In this document: positions 9,361 through 21,958 of the stretch, one piece after another
How positions within the stretch are numbered: the stretch's first letter is position 1
Layout: the number at the start of each line of letters is the position of its first letter
Assembly (NCBI GenBank): GCA_963713045.1
Contig: CAVQKE010000003.1
Coordinates: 800,001 to 864,000 of the forward strand
Length of the DNA: 64,000 nucleotides
Direction of reading: 5' to 3'
Source: an uncultured delta proteobacterium
GTDB taxonomy: Bacteria; Myxococcota; Myxococcia; Myxococcales; Myxococcaceae
Made by a program: the position numbers and the translations under genes
The notes under the pieces: generated by a model
Seen by the model: the letters and a program-made list of their open reading frames with translations, nothing else
What the model was told of the DNA's origin: nothing
The model's database searches: none

Positions 9361-11352
9361 ATGACGCCGCTCCCCACCTTTCTCAGCCTCGGCTTGACGC
9401 TGGCTCTCGGCCAGCTGCCAGCGGCGCCAGCGGCGCCCGCCGCCCCGGCACCGAAGCCGGCCGCGGCCAGCGCCGAGGCGAACGAGGACATGCGGCCCGC
9501 TGCGCCGGCCGACGCCGACGAGGGCGATGACAGCGAGAAAGCGTCGCCGGAATTGGAAGAGATGCGGGCGCTGGAGGATGCCACCATTGAAGCCCCGCGG
9601 CCGTCCCCGGCTGGCCTGCAGTCGGTGCTGCGCCTCGGAGCCTCCAGCCCGTTGCGCGCCCGGATTGACGACGTGGGGGACGGCTGGGCGGCCGATACCG
9701 TGGCCGGTCCGGAGCTGGGCCTGGTGACGGACATTGCGGCACTCGACCTCTCGCTGGTCACCGGCGGTTACGACATTCCACTGGAGATGCAGCCGCTGGT
9801 GGCCCAATACATCCGCTTCTTTCAAGGGCCGGGGCGCAAATGGTTCCGGGTGTGGATGTCGCGGAGCTCGCGCTACATCCCGATGATGGCCCCCGTGCTG
9901 GAGGCCTCCGGGCTACCCCGCGACACCGTCTACCTGGCGATGATTGAGAGTGGCTTTTCCCCCGACGCCTACTCCTGGGCGCGTGCCGCCGGTCCGTGGC
10001 AATTCATCACCGCGACCGCCCGACGCTTCGGCTTGCGCCAGGACTTCTGGGTGGACGAGCGGCGAGACCCAGTGAAAGCGACCCGGGCCGCCGGTCAGTA
10101 CCTTCGGGAGCTGTATCAGGCGTTGGGGACGTGGTACCTGGCGTGGGCCGGCTACAACGCCGGCGGCGAAAAGGTCCGCCGGCTGATGGAACGCCGCGGC
10201 ACGGATGACTTCTGGGAGCTCTCCGAGGGCCGCGGACTGGCCAAGGAGACGAAGCATTACGTCCCCAAACTCATCGCTTGCGCGCTGGTGGCCAAGCATC
10301 CCAAGGCCTTCGGCTTCACCGACGATGAATTCTCCTTTCAGCAGCCGCTCGCCTTCGAGGAGGTGACGGTGGCGGAGCCGACCGACCTGGAGGTGGTGGC
10401 CCGCGCCGCCGGCGTCTCGGTCGAGGAGATACGCTCTCTCAACCCTGAGCTCCGGCGCTGGTGCACCCCGCCGGCCACCCAGGAGCGCCCCTACGCCTTG
10501 CGCCTTCCAAGCGGGACACGGGACACCTTCCTCGCCAACCTCGCCAAGCTGTCGCCGCACGAACGTCTCACCTTCCACATCCACCGCGTGGTGCGTGGCG
10601 ACACGCTGAGCCGCATTGCCGTCACCTACCACTCAGCGCCGGAAGCAATTGCCCTCTTCAACCACCTGAAGAATGTCCGGACGCTGGCCGTCAACTCCGA
10701 ATTGGCCGTCCCGGTGCCGGCGGCCCGCGCCAACAGGCAGGGCGCACCGGCAGCGGACGCCTCCGGCACCGACCCGGCCACCGAGGCGCTGGTGGCGCGG
10801 GCTCGGGCCCGCGGCGTGACGGTGGCCCGGCCCGAGGAGGAAGTGCCCGCCGGGACGCAGACGCGGAGGTCACTGGCAGCCGGCGTGATGCGCACGGAAA
10901 CCGTCGACGGCAAGGTGCGGGTCAGCTACGGGGTGCAGGCGGGCGACTCGCTGTGGACCATCGCCAGCCACTTTGGCGTCACGGTGGAGGACTTGAAGCG
11001 GTGGAACCACTTCGGCTCTCTCGGCCGCCGCTCGCGGGGGCTTCAGATTGGCACCCTGGTGGAGGTGTGGCCGGCTGCCGGGGCAGCCCTCGACGCGCTG
11101 CCGCCCGCCGCTTCAGTGGTGGCCTTGGTGGCGCCCCCGCCAGCGGCTGCCAGCCCCGTCCCCACCGCGCCCCCTGCACCACCAGCAGTGGCCGGCCCGC
11201 GGCCCACCACCCACCAGCTCGCCACAGGCGAGACGTTGTGGAGCGTGGCCCAGCGGTATGGGCTTTCGGTGGAGAATTTGAAGCGCTGGAACCGCATCAC
11301 TCAGGCCCGAAGCCTGCGGGCCGGAACGCAGCTCAGCCTGGTCGCCCCCTAG
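9361..11352 (+). CDS. mltD: Lytic murein transglycosylase, MltD-like (SLT + LysM domains)
   Basis: YLAMIESGF (catalytic Glu), AAGPWQF, DERRDP, YNAG, ETKHYVPK; LysM repeats GDTLSRIA, GDSLWTIA, GETLWSVA. Confidence 0.9.
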   Translation: MTPLPTFLSLGLTLALGQLPAAPAAPAAPAPKPAAASAEANEDMRPAAPADADEGDDSEKASPELEEMRALEDATIEAPRPSPAGLQSVLRLGASSPLRARIDDVGDGWAADTVAGPELGLVTDIAALDLSLVTGGYDIPLEMQPLVAQYIRFFQGPGRKWFRVWMSRSSRYIPMMAPVLEASGLPRDTVYLAMIESGFSPDAYSWARAAGPWQFITATARRFGLRQDFWVDERRDPVKATRAAGQYLRELYQALGTWYLAWAGYNAGGEKVRRLMERRGTDDFWELSEGRGLAKETKHYVPKLIACALVAKHPKAFGFTDDEFSFQQPLAFEEVTVAEPTDLEVVARAAGVSVEEIRSLNPELRRWCTPPATQERPYALRLPSGTRDTFLANLAKLSPHERLTFHIHRVVRGDTLSRIAVTYHSAPEAIALFNHLKNVRTLAVNSELAVPVPAARANRQGAPAADASGTDPATEALVARARARGVTVARPEEEVPAGTQTRRSLAAGVMRTETVDGKVRVSYGVQAGDSLWTIASHFGVTVEDLKRWNHFGSLGRRSRGLQIGTLVEVWPAAGAALDALPPAASVVALVAPPPAAASPVPTAPPAPPAVAGPRPTTHQLATGETLWSVAQRYGLSVENLKRWNRITQARSLRAGTQLSLVAP

Positions 11353-11476
11353 CAGCTGAACGGCAACCACGCCTCCTCTTCCTCGGAAAAGGGGGCGTGG
11401 CAAATGCACCGACGTCCCCGCGCCGCCTGTCCCCTGCAAGACTTGCCCCTCGCTTGCCTGCCAAGAGTCCCCCTCC

Positions 11477-14221
11477 ATGACGCTGTCCCGCTGCTCGACG
11501 GTGCTGTTGGCTTTGCTTGTGTGCTGCGCCACCCCTTCGGCGCCGCCTTCGGCCCCGGCGGTACCTGCCCCGGCCGGCATCGTCGTCGCGCCGGACAGTG
11601 CCCCCCAGCCGCCCCAGGGCTTGCGGCTGCCGGCGACGCAGAAGGCACTGGCCCAAACGGTGGAGCTGACGCTCGCCCCGGCCTCCTCCAGCTTTGAAGG
11701 CACGACCGAGCTTCAAATGGAGCTCGCCTCGGCCACCGACGTGGTGTGGCTGAACGCGCGCCAGCTGACCGTCCACAAGGCGTCAGCCCGGGTTGGAGAG
11801 CAGGAGCTGCCGGCGAAAGTCTTCCTCTCACCGGAGCGCGTGGCGCTGCGCTTCGCCCATCCGCTGCCCGCGGGGCAGCTGACACTTCGGCTCGCCTTCA
11901 GTGGCCTGGTCTCCAGCACCGAGGACTCCGGTGTCTTCCACCAACAGGAGGGCGGCGATTGGTATCTCATGACGCAGTTTGAGGAGACGGACGCGCGGCG
12001 TGCCTTTCCCTGCATCGACGAGCCGACGGCGAAAATTCCGTGGGACCTCACCCTGCGCGTTCCACAGAAGCTCACCGTCGTCGCCAACACTCCGATTGCC
12101 TCCGAGGAGTCCGGCGGACCGGGGGTGAAGCGCGTGCACTTTCAGCGCACCAAGCCTCTCCCTTCCTACCTGGTGGCCTTCGCCGTCGGCCCTTATGACG
12201 TCGTCGACGCGCGTCCGGCAGGCCGCAACAAAGTGCCGATGCACATCTACGTGCCCCGCGGCCGCGGCGCGGAGGCGGCCTACGCGGCGCGCACCTCCCC
12301 CGAGCTGCTGGAGACGCTGGAGGCCTACTTCGGCATTCCCTACCCCTACGAGAAGCTCGACCTGTTGGCCATCCCACTGACCGTGCACTTTGGTGCCATG
12401 GAGAATGCGGGGCTGGTGACAGTCGCCAGCTACCGGCTGCTGGCTCGCAAGGAAAACCAGTCCCTGGTGTTCGAGCAGACGTGGGCCATCTACGCCGCTC
12501 ACGAATTCGCGCACCAGTGGTTTGGAGACCTGGTGACGATGGAGTGGTGGAACGACATTTGGCTCAACGAAGCCTTTGCCAGCTGGATGGAAAACAAAGC
12601 CGTGGATGCTTGGGCTCCAGGCTGGGGGATGAAGGTGGTGGAGGTGCAGGACCGCAGCCAAGCGGCCAACAGCGACACGCTGGTGACGGCCCGCAGCGTT
12701 CGCCAACCCGTTGAAAGCTACGACGACATCTCCAACGCCTTTGACGACATCACCTACCAAAAGGGCGCCTCCATCCTTCGGATGTTCGCGTCCTATCTCG
12801 GGCCAGAGAAATTTCGCCAAGGCGTCCAGCGCTATTTGACGGCGCACGCCGATGGCAACGCCACCGCGGCGGATTTCCTGGCCGCCATCTCCGAGGCCAG
12901 CGGGCAGGACGTGGGGTCAGCCTTCGAAAGCTTCCTCGACCAGTCGGGTGTGCCCGAGCTCACGGTGCAGCTGTCCTGCGCGAAGGGCAAGACGCCCGAG
13001 TTGCTGCTGGCGCAAAAGCGCCTACTTCCGGTGGGCACCAGCATCACCGGCGAGCGGCAGTGGCAAGTGCCGGTCTGCGCCCGGTGGTCCAGCGGCGGCA
13101 ACCAACAGCGGCGCGCCTGCACCCTTCTGACCTCCGCCACTTCCAGCCTCCCGCTTCGCGGAGGGCCCTGCCCGTCTTGGGTGCTGCCCAACGCCGGCTA
13201 CAACGGCTACTACCGGCTGCATTTGGAAGGGAACCTCCTCCACGCCCTGGTGACGCGTGGCCGGGCTTCGCTGTCCGCGGCTGAAACGGTGGGCCTCTTG
13301 GGCGACGTGAATGCCCTGGTGACCGCAGGACGCTTGCCGCAAAGCGAAGGGCTTCAACTCTCCAGCCACTTCGTGGACGAGGGAAACTGGCAGCTGGTGG
13401 AGGAGGCCATTCGTCTGGCCACTGTCCGGCCCGACTTCCTGGAGGGCGCCGCCGCCAAGGCCTACCCCGCCTGGGTGCGCCGTCACTTTGGTGCGCGGGC
13501 GCGTGCCCTCGGCCTGAAGCCGCGAGCTGGCGAGAGCGAAGACATCCGGCAGTTGCGGCCCCAGCTGGTGCGCTTCGTGGCACGGCTGGGCGAGGACCCC
13601 CTGCTCATCCGGGCGGCGCAGGCCTTGACGGCACAGTGGCTCCAGGACCCGACCTCGGTGGACCCGGAAATCCTCAACACCGCGCTGGTCATTGCCGGCA
13701 CCTTCGGAGATGCCGCGCTGCACAGCACGCTGGTGGAACGGCTGAAGACGAGTCCCGACCGGGCGACGCGGTACCGTCTGGTGCTTGCCCTGGGCGCCTT
13801 TCGGGACCCAGCGCTGGTTCAGGCCAACATGGCACTCATCGAAGCCGGGCCGGTCGACCCGCGCGAGCTGGTGGGCGGCTTCCATGGTCCGGTCGAGTGG
13901 GCCTCCTCGCATGAGCCTCTTGGGCTTCTCTCCCGCGCCGTGCTGTGGCCCCCCACGCGCCAAGTGGTCTTCCAGGCGGTCGCGGACCATTTCGAGAGCT
14001 TCGCCTCTCGGCTTCCGGAGCGCAGCGCCGGGAACCTCTTCTACGTGGGAAGTGCCTTCTGCGACGCAAGCCACCGGGCGGCGGTGGAAGCGGCATTCGC
14101 CCCGCGCGCCGAGAAGGCCATCGGCGGCAAACGCGAGCTGGCCCAGACGCTGGAAAGCATCGACCTGTGCATCGCCGACCGGGCGGTGCAGCTGCCCGCG
14201 CTCAGCGCCTACCTCCGCTAG
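11477..14221 (+). CDS. M1-family aminopeptidase, probable lipoprotein (copy 1)
   Basis: TQFEETDARRAFPCIDEP, GAMEN, HEFAH...WLNEAFA (HExxH-x18-E), ITYQKG; N-terminal LLVCC. Confidence 0.93.
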   Translation: MTLSRCSTVLLALLVCCATPSAPPSAPAVPAPAGIVVAPDSAPQPPQGLRLPATQKALAQTVELTLAPASSSFEGTTELQMELASATDVVWLNARQLTVHKASARVGEQELPAKVFLSPERVALRFAHPLPAGQLTLRLAFSGLVSSTEDSGVFHQQEGGDWYLMTQFEETDARRAFPCIDEPTAKIPWDLTLRVPQKLTVVANTPIASEESGGPGVKRVHFQRTKPLPSYLVAFAVGPYDVVDARPAGRNKVPMHIYVPRGRGAEAAYAARTSPELLETLEAYFGIPYPYEKLDLLAIPLTVHFGAMENAGLVTVASYRLLARKENQSLVFEQTWAIYAAHEFAHQWFGDLVTMEWWNDIWLNEAFASWMENKAVDAWAPGWGMKVVEVQDRSQAANSDTLVTARSVRQPVESYDDISNAFDDITYQKGASILRMFASYLGPEKFRQGVQRYLTAHADGNATAADFLAAISEASGQDVGSAFESFLDQSGVPELTVQLSCAKGKTPELLLAQKRLLPVGTSITGERQWQVPVCARWSSGGNQQRRACTLLTSATSSLPLRGGPCPSWVLPNAGYNGYYRLHLEGNLLHALVTRGRASLSAAETVGLLGDVNALVTAGRLPQSEGLQLSSHFVDEGNWQLVEEAIRLATVRPDFLEGAAAKAYPAWVRRHFGARARALGLKPRAGESEDIRQLRPQLVRFVARLGEDPLLIRAAQALTAQWLQDPTSVDPEILNTALVIAGTFGDAALHSTLVERLKTSPDRATRYRLVLALGAFRDPALVQANMALIEAGPVDPRELVGGFHGPVEWASSHEPLGLLSRAVLWPPTRQVVFQAVADHFESFASRLPERSAGNLFYVGSAFCDASHRAAVEAAFAPRAEKAIGGKRELAQTLESIDLCIADRAVQLPALSAYLR

Positions 14222-14236
14222 GAGACCACCCCGCCC

Positions 14237-16915
14237 GTGCGCCACACACTGCTGCCGCTGCTGCTCCTGCTGCCGTGCTGCGCCACCTCCACCAAGCCGG
14301 AGGCGCCGGCGGCGCAGCCGCCACCCAGCCCGGCCGTCCTCGCCCCGGAGCCGCCGCCCGGGCTCCGGCTTCCCTCCACCCTCAAGCCACTTGCCCAGCG
14401 GGTGGAGCTCACCATCGTCCCGTCCGCGCCCACCTTCGAGGGCACCACCGAGCTGGAGGTGGAGCTGCTGACTTCCACCGACGTCCTGTGGCTCAACGCC
14501 AAGGGACTGACCGTCCAAAAGGCCTCGGTCCAGCTCGGGGCGCACGAGGCGAGTGCCCAAGTCTTCACCTCGCCGGAGCGCCTGGCGCTGCGTCTCCCCA
14601 GCGCTGTTGGGCCCGGACGGGCGACGCTGCGACTCAGCTTCGCCGGCGCGCTGTCCGAGACCGAGGTCGTTGGGCTGTTTCACCAGAAAGAGGGCGGCGA
14701 GTGGTACGCCATGTCCAAATTCGAAGCCACCGAAGCGCGGCGCGCCTTCCCGTGTGTGGACCAGCCCTCCGCCAAAATCCCTTGGGAGCTGACGCTCCGC
14801 GTCCCCAAGCAGCTCATCGCTGTCTCCAACACGCCGGTGGCGGCCGAAGAATCAGACGGCGAGAAGAAGCGTGTCCGCTTTGCGCAGACCAAGCCCCTGC
14901 CCTCCTACCTGGTGGCCTTCGGCGTCGGCCCGTACGACGTGGTCGAAGCCCGGCCAGCTGGGGTGAACCGCATCCCGATGCGGGTCTACGCCCTCAAGGG
15001 GCGTGGCGCAGAGGCGGCGTATGCGGTGCGTGTCTCTCCGGAGTTGTTGGAGACGCTGGAAGCCTACTTCGGCGTCCCTTTCCCCTACCCGAAGCTGGAC
15101 CTGCTGGCCATCCCCATCTCCTCCGGCGCGATGGAGAATGCGGGACTGGTGTCGGTCACGAGCAGCGCGCTGCTGGCCCGAAAGGAGAACGAGACGCTTC
15201 AGTTCCAACGGACGTGGGCCAGCGTGGGGGCGCACGAATTCGCGCACCAATGGTTTGGGGACTCGGTGACCCTGGCCTGGTGGGATGACCTCTGGCTCAA
15301 CGAGGCATTTGCCACCTGGATGGCTGCCAAGACGCTGGAGGCCTGGGCGCCGAGTTGGGGCACGGCTGTGGCCGACGTCCAGGACCGAAGCCGGGCCGCG
15401 CAGGCGGACACGCTGACGACGGCGCGAAGCATCCGTCAGCCGGTCCAGTCCTACGACGACATTGTCAACGCCTTCGACGCCATCACCTACGAGAAGGGCG
15501 CGGCCATCCTCAGGATGTTCGAAGCCTACCTGGGCCCGGAGAAATTCCGAGCGGGCGTGGAGCACTACCTGCGCGCCCACGCCAACGGCAACGCCACCGC
15601 CTCGGACTTCTTGGCCGCCATCTCCGAAGCCACCGGTCAGCAGGTGGCCCCCGCCTTCAATACCTTCCTCGACCAGTCGGGCGTCGCGGAAGTCAGCGTC
15701 TCCTTGGCCTGCAGCAAGGGCAAGACGGCTGACTTGCGGCTGACGCAGCAGCGCCTGCTCCCAGTCGGCAGCACTGGCGCGGGCGAGCGCCTCTGGCAGC
15801 TTCCAGTGTGCGCCCGCTGGCCAAGCGAGGGCCGAGACGGTCGGGCCTGCACCCTGATGACGTCCGCCGCCTCGACCCTCTCCCTGCCCGCGCCTCGCTG
15901 TCCGGCTTGGGTGCTGCCCAATGCTGGTTACGCCGGCTACTACCGCCTGGCCTTACCCGCCCCACTGCTTCAAGCGCTGACGACGCGCGGGCGCTCCGCA
16001 CTGAGCGAGGCTGAGACGGTGGGCCTCCTCGGCGACGTCGGTGCGTTGGTGTCCGCCGGACGTGCCCCCCAGGCGGTGGGGTTGGAGCTGTCGACACGGT
16101 TTGCCAGCGCGCCTCAACGCCGGGTGGTGGAGCAGGCGGTCGGCCTGGCCGCCGTCCGCCGGGACTTCCTTGAGGGAACCGCCGCCAGCGCCTACCCCGG
16201 GTGGGTGCGCAAGCAGTTTGGTGCGCGGGCACGGGCACTCGGTGTCACCGCCCGGCAGGGGGAAGATGAGGACACCCGGCTGCTGCGCCCGCAGCTGGTA
16301 GTTTTCGTCGCCGTCCGCGGTGAGGACCCTCCGCTGATTGCCGCAGCGCAGGCCCAGGCACAAGCTTGGTTGAAGGACAGCACTTCGGTCGACCCGGACA
16401 TGGTGGGCGCAGACCTCGCCATTGCCGGGGCCTTCGGGGACGCGAGCTTGCACGCCACCTTGGTCGAACGTCTCAAGGCAAGCCAGGACCGGGCCACTCG
16501 GGCACGGCTGGTCACTGCTCTCAGCAGCTTTCGCGACCCGGCCCTGGTCCGCGCCAATTTGGCGCTGCTGGAGAGCGCAGCCTTGGACTACCGCGAGCTC
16601 TTGCGACTGCTCCTGGGAGCGCTGCAGTGGCCGGCCACCCGCGAACTGGCCTTTCAAGAGGCCAGCCAGCACTTTGACCTCCTCGCCTCTCGGCTTCCGG
16701 AGCGGGCGGTGGCGTTTCTCTTTCACACCGGCCAGGCGTTCTGCGACGCCCAGCACCGCTCGGCGGTGGAGGCAGCTTTCGCCCCCCGGGCCGCGAAGGT
16801 GCTTGGCGGCCACCGCGAGCTGGCGCAGACGCTGGAGCACATCGAGCTGTGCATCGCCGAGCGAGCGGTCCAGGTGCCATCGGTCAGCGGTTACTTTCGC
16901 CAGCCCAAGCGCTGA
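14237..16915 (+). CDS. M1-family aminopeptidase, probable lipoprotein (copy 2)
   Basis: SKFEATEARRAFPC, GAMEN, HEFAH...WLNEAFA, ITYEKG; colinear with copy 1. Confidence 0.93.
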   Translation: MRHTLLPLLLLLPCCATSTKPEAPAAQPPPSPAVLAPEPPPGLRLPSTLKPLAQRVELTIVPSAPTFEGTTELEVELLTSTDVLWLNAKGLTVQKASVQLGAHEASAQVFTSPERLALRLPSAVGPGRATLRLSFAGALSETEVVGLFHQKEGGEWYAMSKFEATEARRAFPCVDQPSAKIPWELTLRVPKQLIAVSNTPVAAEESDGEKKRVRFAQTKPLPSYLVAFGVGPYDVVEARPAGVNRIPMRVYALKGRGAEAAYAVRVSPELLETLEAYFGVPFPYPKLDLLAIPISSGAMENAGLVSVTSSALLARKENETLQFQRTWASVGAHEFAHQWFGDSVTLAWWDDLWLNEAFATWMAAKTLEAWAPSWGTAVADVQDRSRAAQADTLTTARSIRQPVQSYDDIVNAFDAITYEKGAAILRMFEAYLGPEKFRAGVEHYLRAHANGNATASDFLAAISEATGQQVAPAFNTFLDQSGVAEVSVSLACSKGKTADLRLTQQRLLPVGSTGAGERLWQLPVCARWPSEGRDGRACTLMTSAASTLSLPAPRCPAWVLPNAGYAGYYRLALPAPLLQALTTRGRSALSEAETVGLLGDVGALVSAGRAPQAVGLELSTRFASAPQRRVVEQAVGLAAVRRDFLEGTAASAYPGWVRKQFGARARALGVTARQGEDEDTRLLRPQLVVFVAVRGEDPPLIAAAQAQAQAWLKDSTSVDPDMVGADLAIAGAFGDASLHATLVERLKASQDRATRARLVTALSSFRDPALVRANLALLESAALDYRELLRLLLGALQWPATRELAFQEASQHFDLLASRLPERAVAFLFHTGQAFCDAQHRSAVEAAFAPRAAKVLGGHRELAQTLEHIELCIAERAVQVPSVSGYFRQPKR

Positions 16916-16927
16916 GGGCACCCTCTC

Positions 16928-18679
16928 CTACTGCTCTTCCAACAGCAGCTTGAGTTCGCGGATGCGCCGGGTGATGACGTCGCGTTCCATCGAGCGGTAA
17001 GCCTCGGGGAGCAGCTCGCGACTGGTACACTCCTGGACCGCCGCCAAGTTCTGCAGCTCGAGCTCCAGTGGGTAGCTGGGCGGGACGAAGTCGTTGACCA
17101 CCGCGCGGAGATCGGCCTCGGTCGGCTGTTCTCGCCCTTCATTGAGGGCAGCGAATTTGCTCCGCACCAGGATGGACTCGATGTCCGCGCCGGACAGCTG
17201 GGCCCCCTTGGGAAGCACCGCCGCGAAGGACGGCACGTCGAGGGTCATCTTCAGCTTCTTGGCCACCACCCGGTACAGCTCGTCCCGCTCGGCATCGGAC
17301 TGCGGATAGAAGAGGGCGACGTGTTCCTCGGCACGTCCCTGTCGCTTCAAGTCGATGGGCAGCAAATCCGGGCGGCAGGTGAGGAGAAACCAGACAATTT
17401 TCCCGCGGTATTCGGTGTTGCCCATGAAGGAGGCGATGGAGGCGAACACCCGGGACGAGGTGCCGGAGTCGCCAGAGGCATCGCGGTTGCCAAGGAAGGC
17501 GTCGGCCTCGTCAATCATCACCGCCACCGGCCAGAGCGCCTTCAGGAGGTTGAAGATTTTTTCGAGGTTGGCTTCGGTGACGCCCTGCCACTGGCTTCGG
17601 AAGTTGAGAAACTTCACGCAAGGGATGCCAATTTCCCCGGCGAAGCAGGTGGCGAGAAAGGTCTTCCCGGTGCCCACTGGGCCGGCCACCAAGTACCCCA
17701 TCGGCAGCACTTCCAGCCGGCCCTTTTTCAGTGCGTTGGCCGCCTGCCGCAGCATCTGCTTGGCCCGGGTGTGGCCGGCCACCGCGTCCAAGGCATGCGC
17801 CGGCTCGATGAATTCCAGAAGGCCGTGGCACTCCGCCTGAATAATCTCCTTCTTCTTGTCCTTGAGGAGCTCCTGGGTAATGCGAATCTGCCGCTCGGTG
17901 GCTTCGGTGAGGACCCGGTCGAGGTTGATGCGGGACAGCCCGGCCGTCGTCTTGGCCAGCGCGGCCAGGCCCACGTCGGACACCGAGGCCAGCTTGCGGC
18001 CTTCCAGCTTGGTTTGGACGAATTCCAACCGCTCCTCCTCGGTGGGCAAGGGCAACTCGATGCTGGCCACGTAGGGGTTGCGCGCCAGCCGGGGCGAAAT
18101 TTCCGCCAGGTTCTCCACCAGCAGCACCACCGAGAGGTCTCCGGCCAAGAATTGCGGGTCGCTGGCCCACTTCACCAGCGTCGCCAGGCTGAAGCGGTCC
18201 TCACTGGAGAGGGCGCCGATGTCAGCGCCCGGGGCGAGCGTCTCGGCAAAGTCGATGACCAGGGCCAGCGACTGGCCGTCCGCAAGGCGCATCCGCAGGT
18301 AATTCTCGACAATCTGCAGGGCCCGGCCCGGGTCCCGCGGCATCACCTTGGCGTAGTCGGTGCCGTACAGGGTGTCGTAGGCGGCCATCGCCCGGGCCAA
18401 GTCCTTCTGGGTGTCCGGCGACGCGGCCCGAATCCCACTCGACCGGTCATAGAAGAGGACGTGGTTTCGGCCGCCAAACAGCTCCTCGGCGAGGAAGGTT
18501 TTGAGAGGCCCGAAGGTCCGGCTCCCGTCCGCCGCCTGCAGCGGCTGCAGGTCCCGCACGCTGCCGTGCAGCAGGAAGGTGCTGACCGTCTTGGTGTAGT
18601 AGGCCTGCGCCAGTTTGCGCGCCCAGGCCGGCAGATGGTCCAGCGGGTCTGCCGACTCCGACTTCCGTGTCTGGGCCAA
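16928..18679 (-). CDS. Classical-clade AAA ATPase (SpoVK/Ycf46/Vps4-type) with a degenerate N-terminal AAA-like domain
   Basis: Walker A GPVGTGKT, pore loop SQWQG, Walker B VMIDE, second region of homology RPDLLPIDLKRQGR, LSGADI; start re-called at TTG 18679 behind AGGAGG. Confidence 0.88.
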   Translation of the reverse strand: MAQTRKSESADPLDHLPAWARKLAQAYYTKTVSTFLLHGSVRDLQPLQAADGSRTFGPLKTFLAEELFGGRNHVLFYDRSSGIRAASPDTQKDLARAMAAYDTLYGTDYAKVMPRDPGRALQIVENYLRMRLADGQSLALVIDFAETLAPGADIGALSSEDRFSLATLVKWASDPQFLAGDLSVVLLVENLAEISPRLARNPYVASIELPLPTEEERLEFVQTKLEGRKLASVSDVGLAALAKTTAGLSRINLDRVLTEATERQIRITQELLKDKKKEIIQAECHGLLEFIEPAHALDAVAGHTRAKQMLRQAANALKKGRLEVLPMGYLVAGPVGTGKTFLATCFAGEIGIPCVKFLNFRSQWQGVTEANLEKIFNLLKALWPVAVMIDEADAFLGNRDASGDSGTSSRVFASIASFMGNTEYRGKIVWFLLTCRPDLLPIDLKRQGRAEEHVALFYPQSDAERDELYRVVAKKLKMTLDVPSFAAVLPKGAQLSGADIESILVRSKFAALNEGREQPTEADLRAVVNDFVPPSYPLELELQNLAAVQECTSRELLPEAYRSMERDVITRRIRELKLLLEEQ

Positions 18680-18734
18680 GTGGCCCTCCTTCCCTGCCGT
18701 CCTCCCCGCAACCCGCGGGGGGAGCGGGGTACAC

Positions 18735-21017
<2,283 letters not shown>

Positions 21018-21051
21018 CGACGGGGAGCTGGGAGTGGGCAGGGGACTCGCG

Positions 21052-21081
21052 ATGGTAGCGACGCGCCGGCAAGCCGGTCAA
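21052..21081 (-). promoter_or_regulatory. Possible sigma70-type promoter upstream of the kinase
   Basis: Minus-strand TTGACC, 18-nt spacer, TACCAT, ending 35 nt before TTG 21017. Confidence 0.3.
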
Positions 21082-21102
21082 CGCGTGATGGCGGTGTCCA
21101 TC

Positions 21103-21888
21103 CTACTCGCCGGTGAAGTGCGGGGGGCGCTTTTCGAGAAAGGCGGTCACCCCTTCGGTGAAGTCCTGGGAGGCGAGCAGCCGGAGCTGTCCTCGCACCT
21201 CAGTCTCGAGTGCGGCGTCGAGGGAGCCCTCCAGCGCCGCGTAGACCGACTGCTTGACGGCCCGGTGGACCAAAGGCGGCCCGGCCGCCAGCGAGCGCAA
21301 GTAATCCATCGCCCCCGCCTCCAGCTGTGCCGCCGGAAACACCCGGTTGGCCAAGCCGATGGATTTGGCCTCGGCCGCGTCCACCATCTCCCCGGTCAAC
21401 ATCAGCTCCAGGGCGCGCCCCAGCCCCACCAGCCGCGGCAGCGCCCAGGTGGCCCCACCGTCGGGCATCAGCCCGCGCTTGACGAATATCTCTCCGAAGC
21501 GCGCCCGGTCAGACGCCAGCCGCAGGTCGCAGGCCAGCGCCAAGTCGCACCCAAACCCGGCCGCCGCGCCGTCCACCACCGCCACCGTCGGCAACGGGCA
21601 ATCGTGCAGGGCGCGGATGAGCCCCTGGAAGTGGGTCCGCATTCTCTGCTCGACGGTGCTTGGGTCGAGGCCTTCGGCCGCCGCCCACTTGAGGTCCAGC
21701 CCAGAGCAAAAGGCCCCACCGGCACCGCTGAGGGCCACCACCCGCGCCTTGGCCGCGGGCGCGGCCTCGACGGCTTCCCGCACCGCCTGGTTGACCGGGA
21801 CGGTGAGGGCGTTCTTCGTCTCCGGCCGGTTGAGGGTAATCCAGCGGATGGCAGCTTCGTCGCGAACCAGGACGTCAGAGGAGGCCAT
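21103..21888 (-). CDS. Enoyl-CoA hydratase/isomerase family protein
   Basis: ITLNRPETKNAL, AFCSGLDL, VDGAAAGFGCDLALACDLR, GLMPDGG, AFLEKRPPHFTGE; start re-called at ATG 21888. Confidence 0.92.
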   Translation of the reverse strand: MASSDVLVRDEAAIRWITLNRPETKNALTVPVNQAVREAVEAAPAAKARVVALSGAGGAFCSGLDLKWAAAEGLDPSTVEQRMRTHFQGLIRALHDCPLPTVAVVDGAAAGFGCDLALACDLRLASDRARFGEIFVKRGLMPDGGATWALPRLVGLGRALELMLTGEMVDAAEAKSIGLANRVFPAAQLEAGAMDYLRSLAAGPPLVHRAVKQSVYAALEGSLDAALETEVRGQLRLLASQDFTEGVTAFLEKRPPHFTGE

Positions 21889-21958
21889 AGAGGCCACCCA
21901 CTCTGGAGGGCCAAGGGCGGCCGGCGCAAGTGGCCACCCGGGCCCCAGGCTTTCCTGC

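Noticed and set aside
11477..16915. Repeated DNA segments suggesting a mobile element or misassembly
   Set aside because: The copies are substantially diverged along their length, consistent with an old gene duplication; no terminal repeats or transposase
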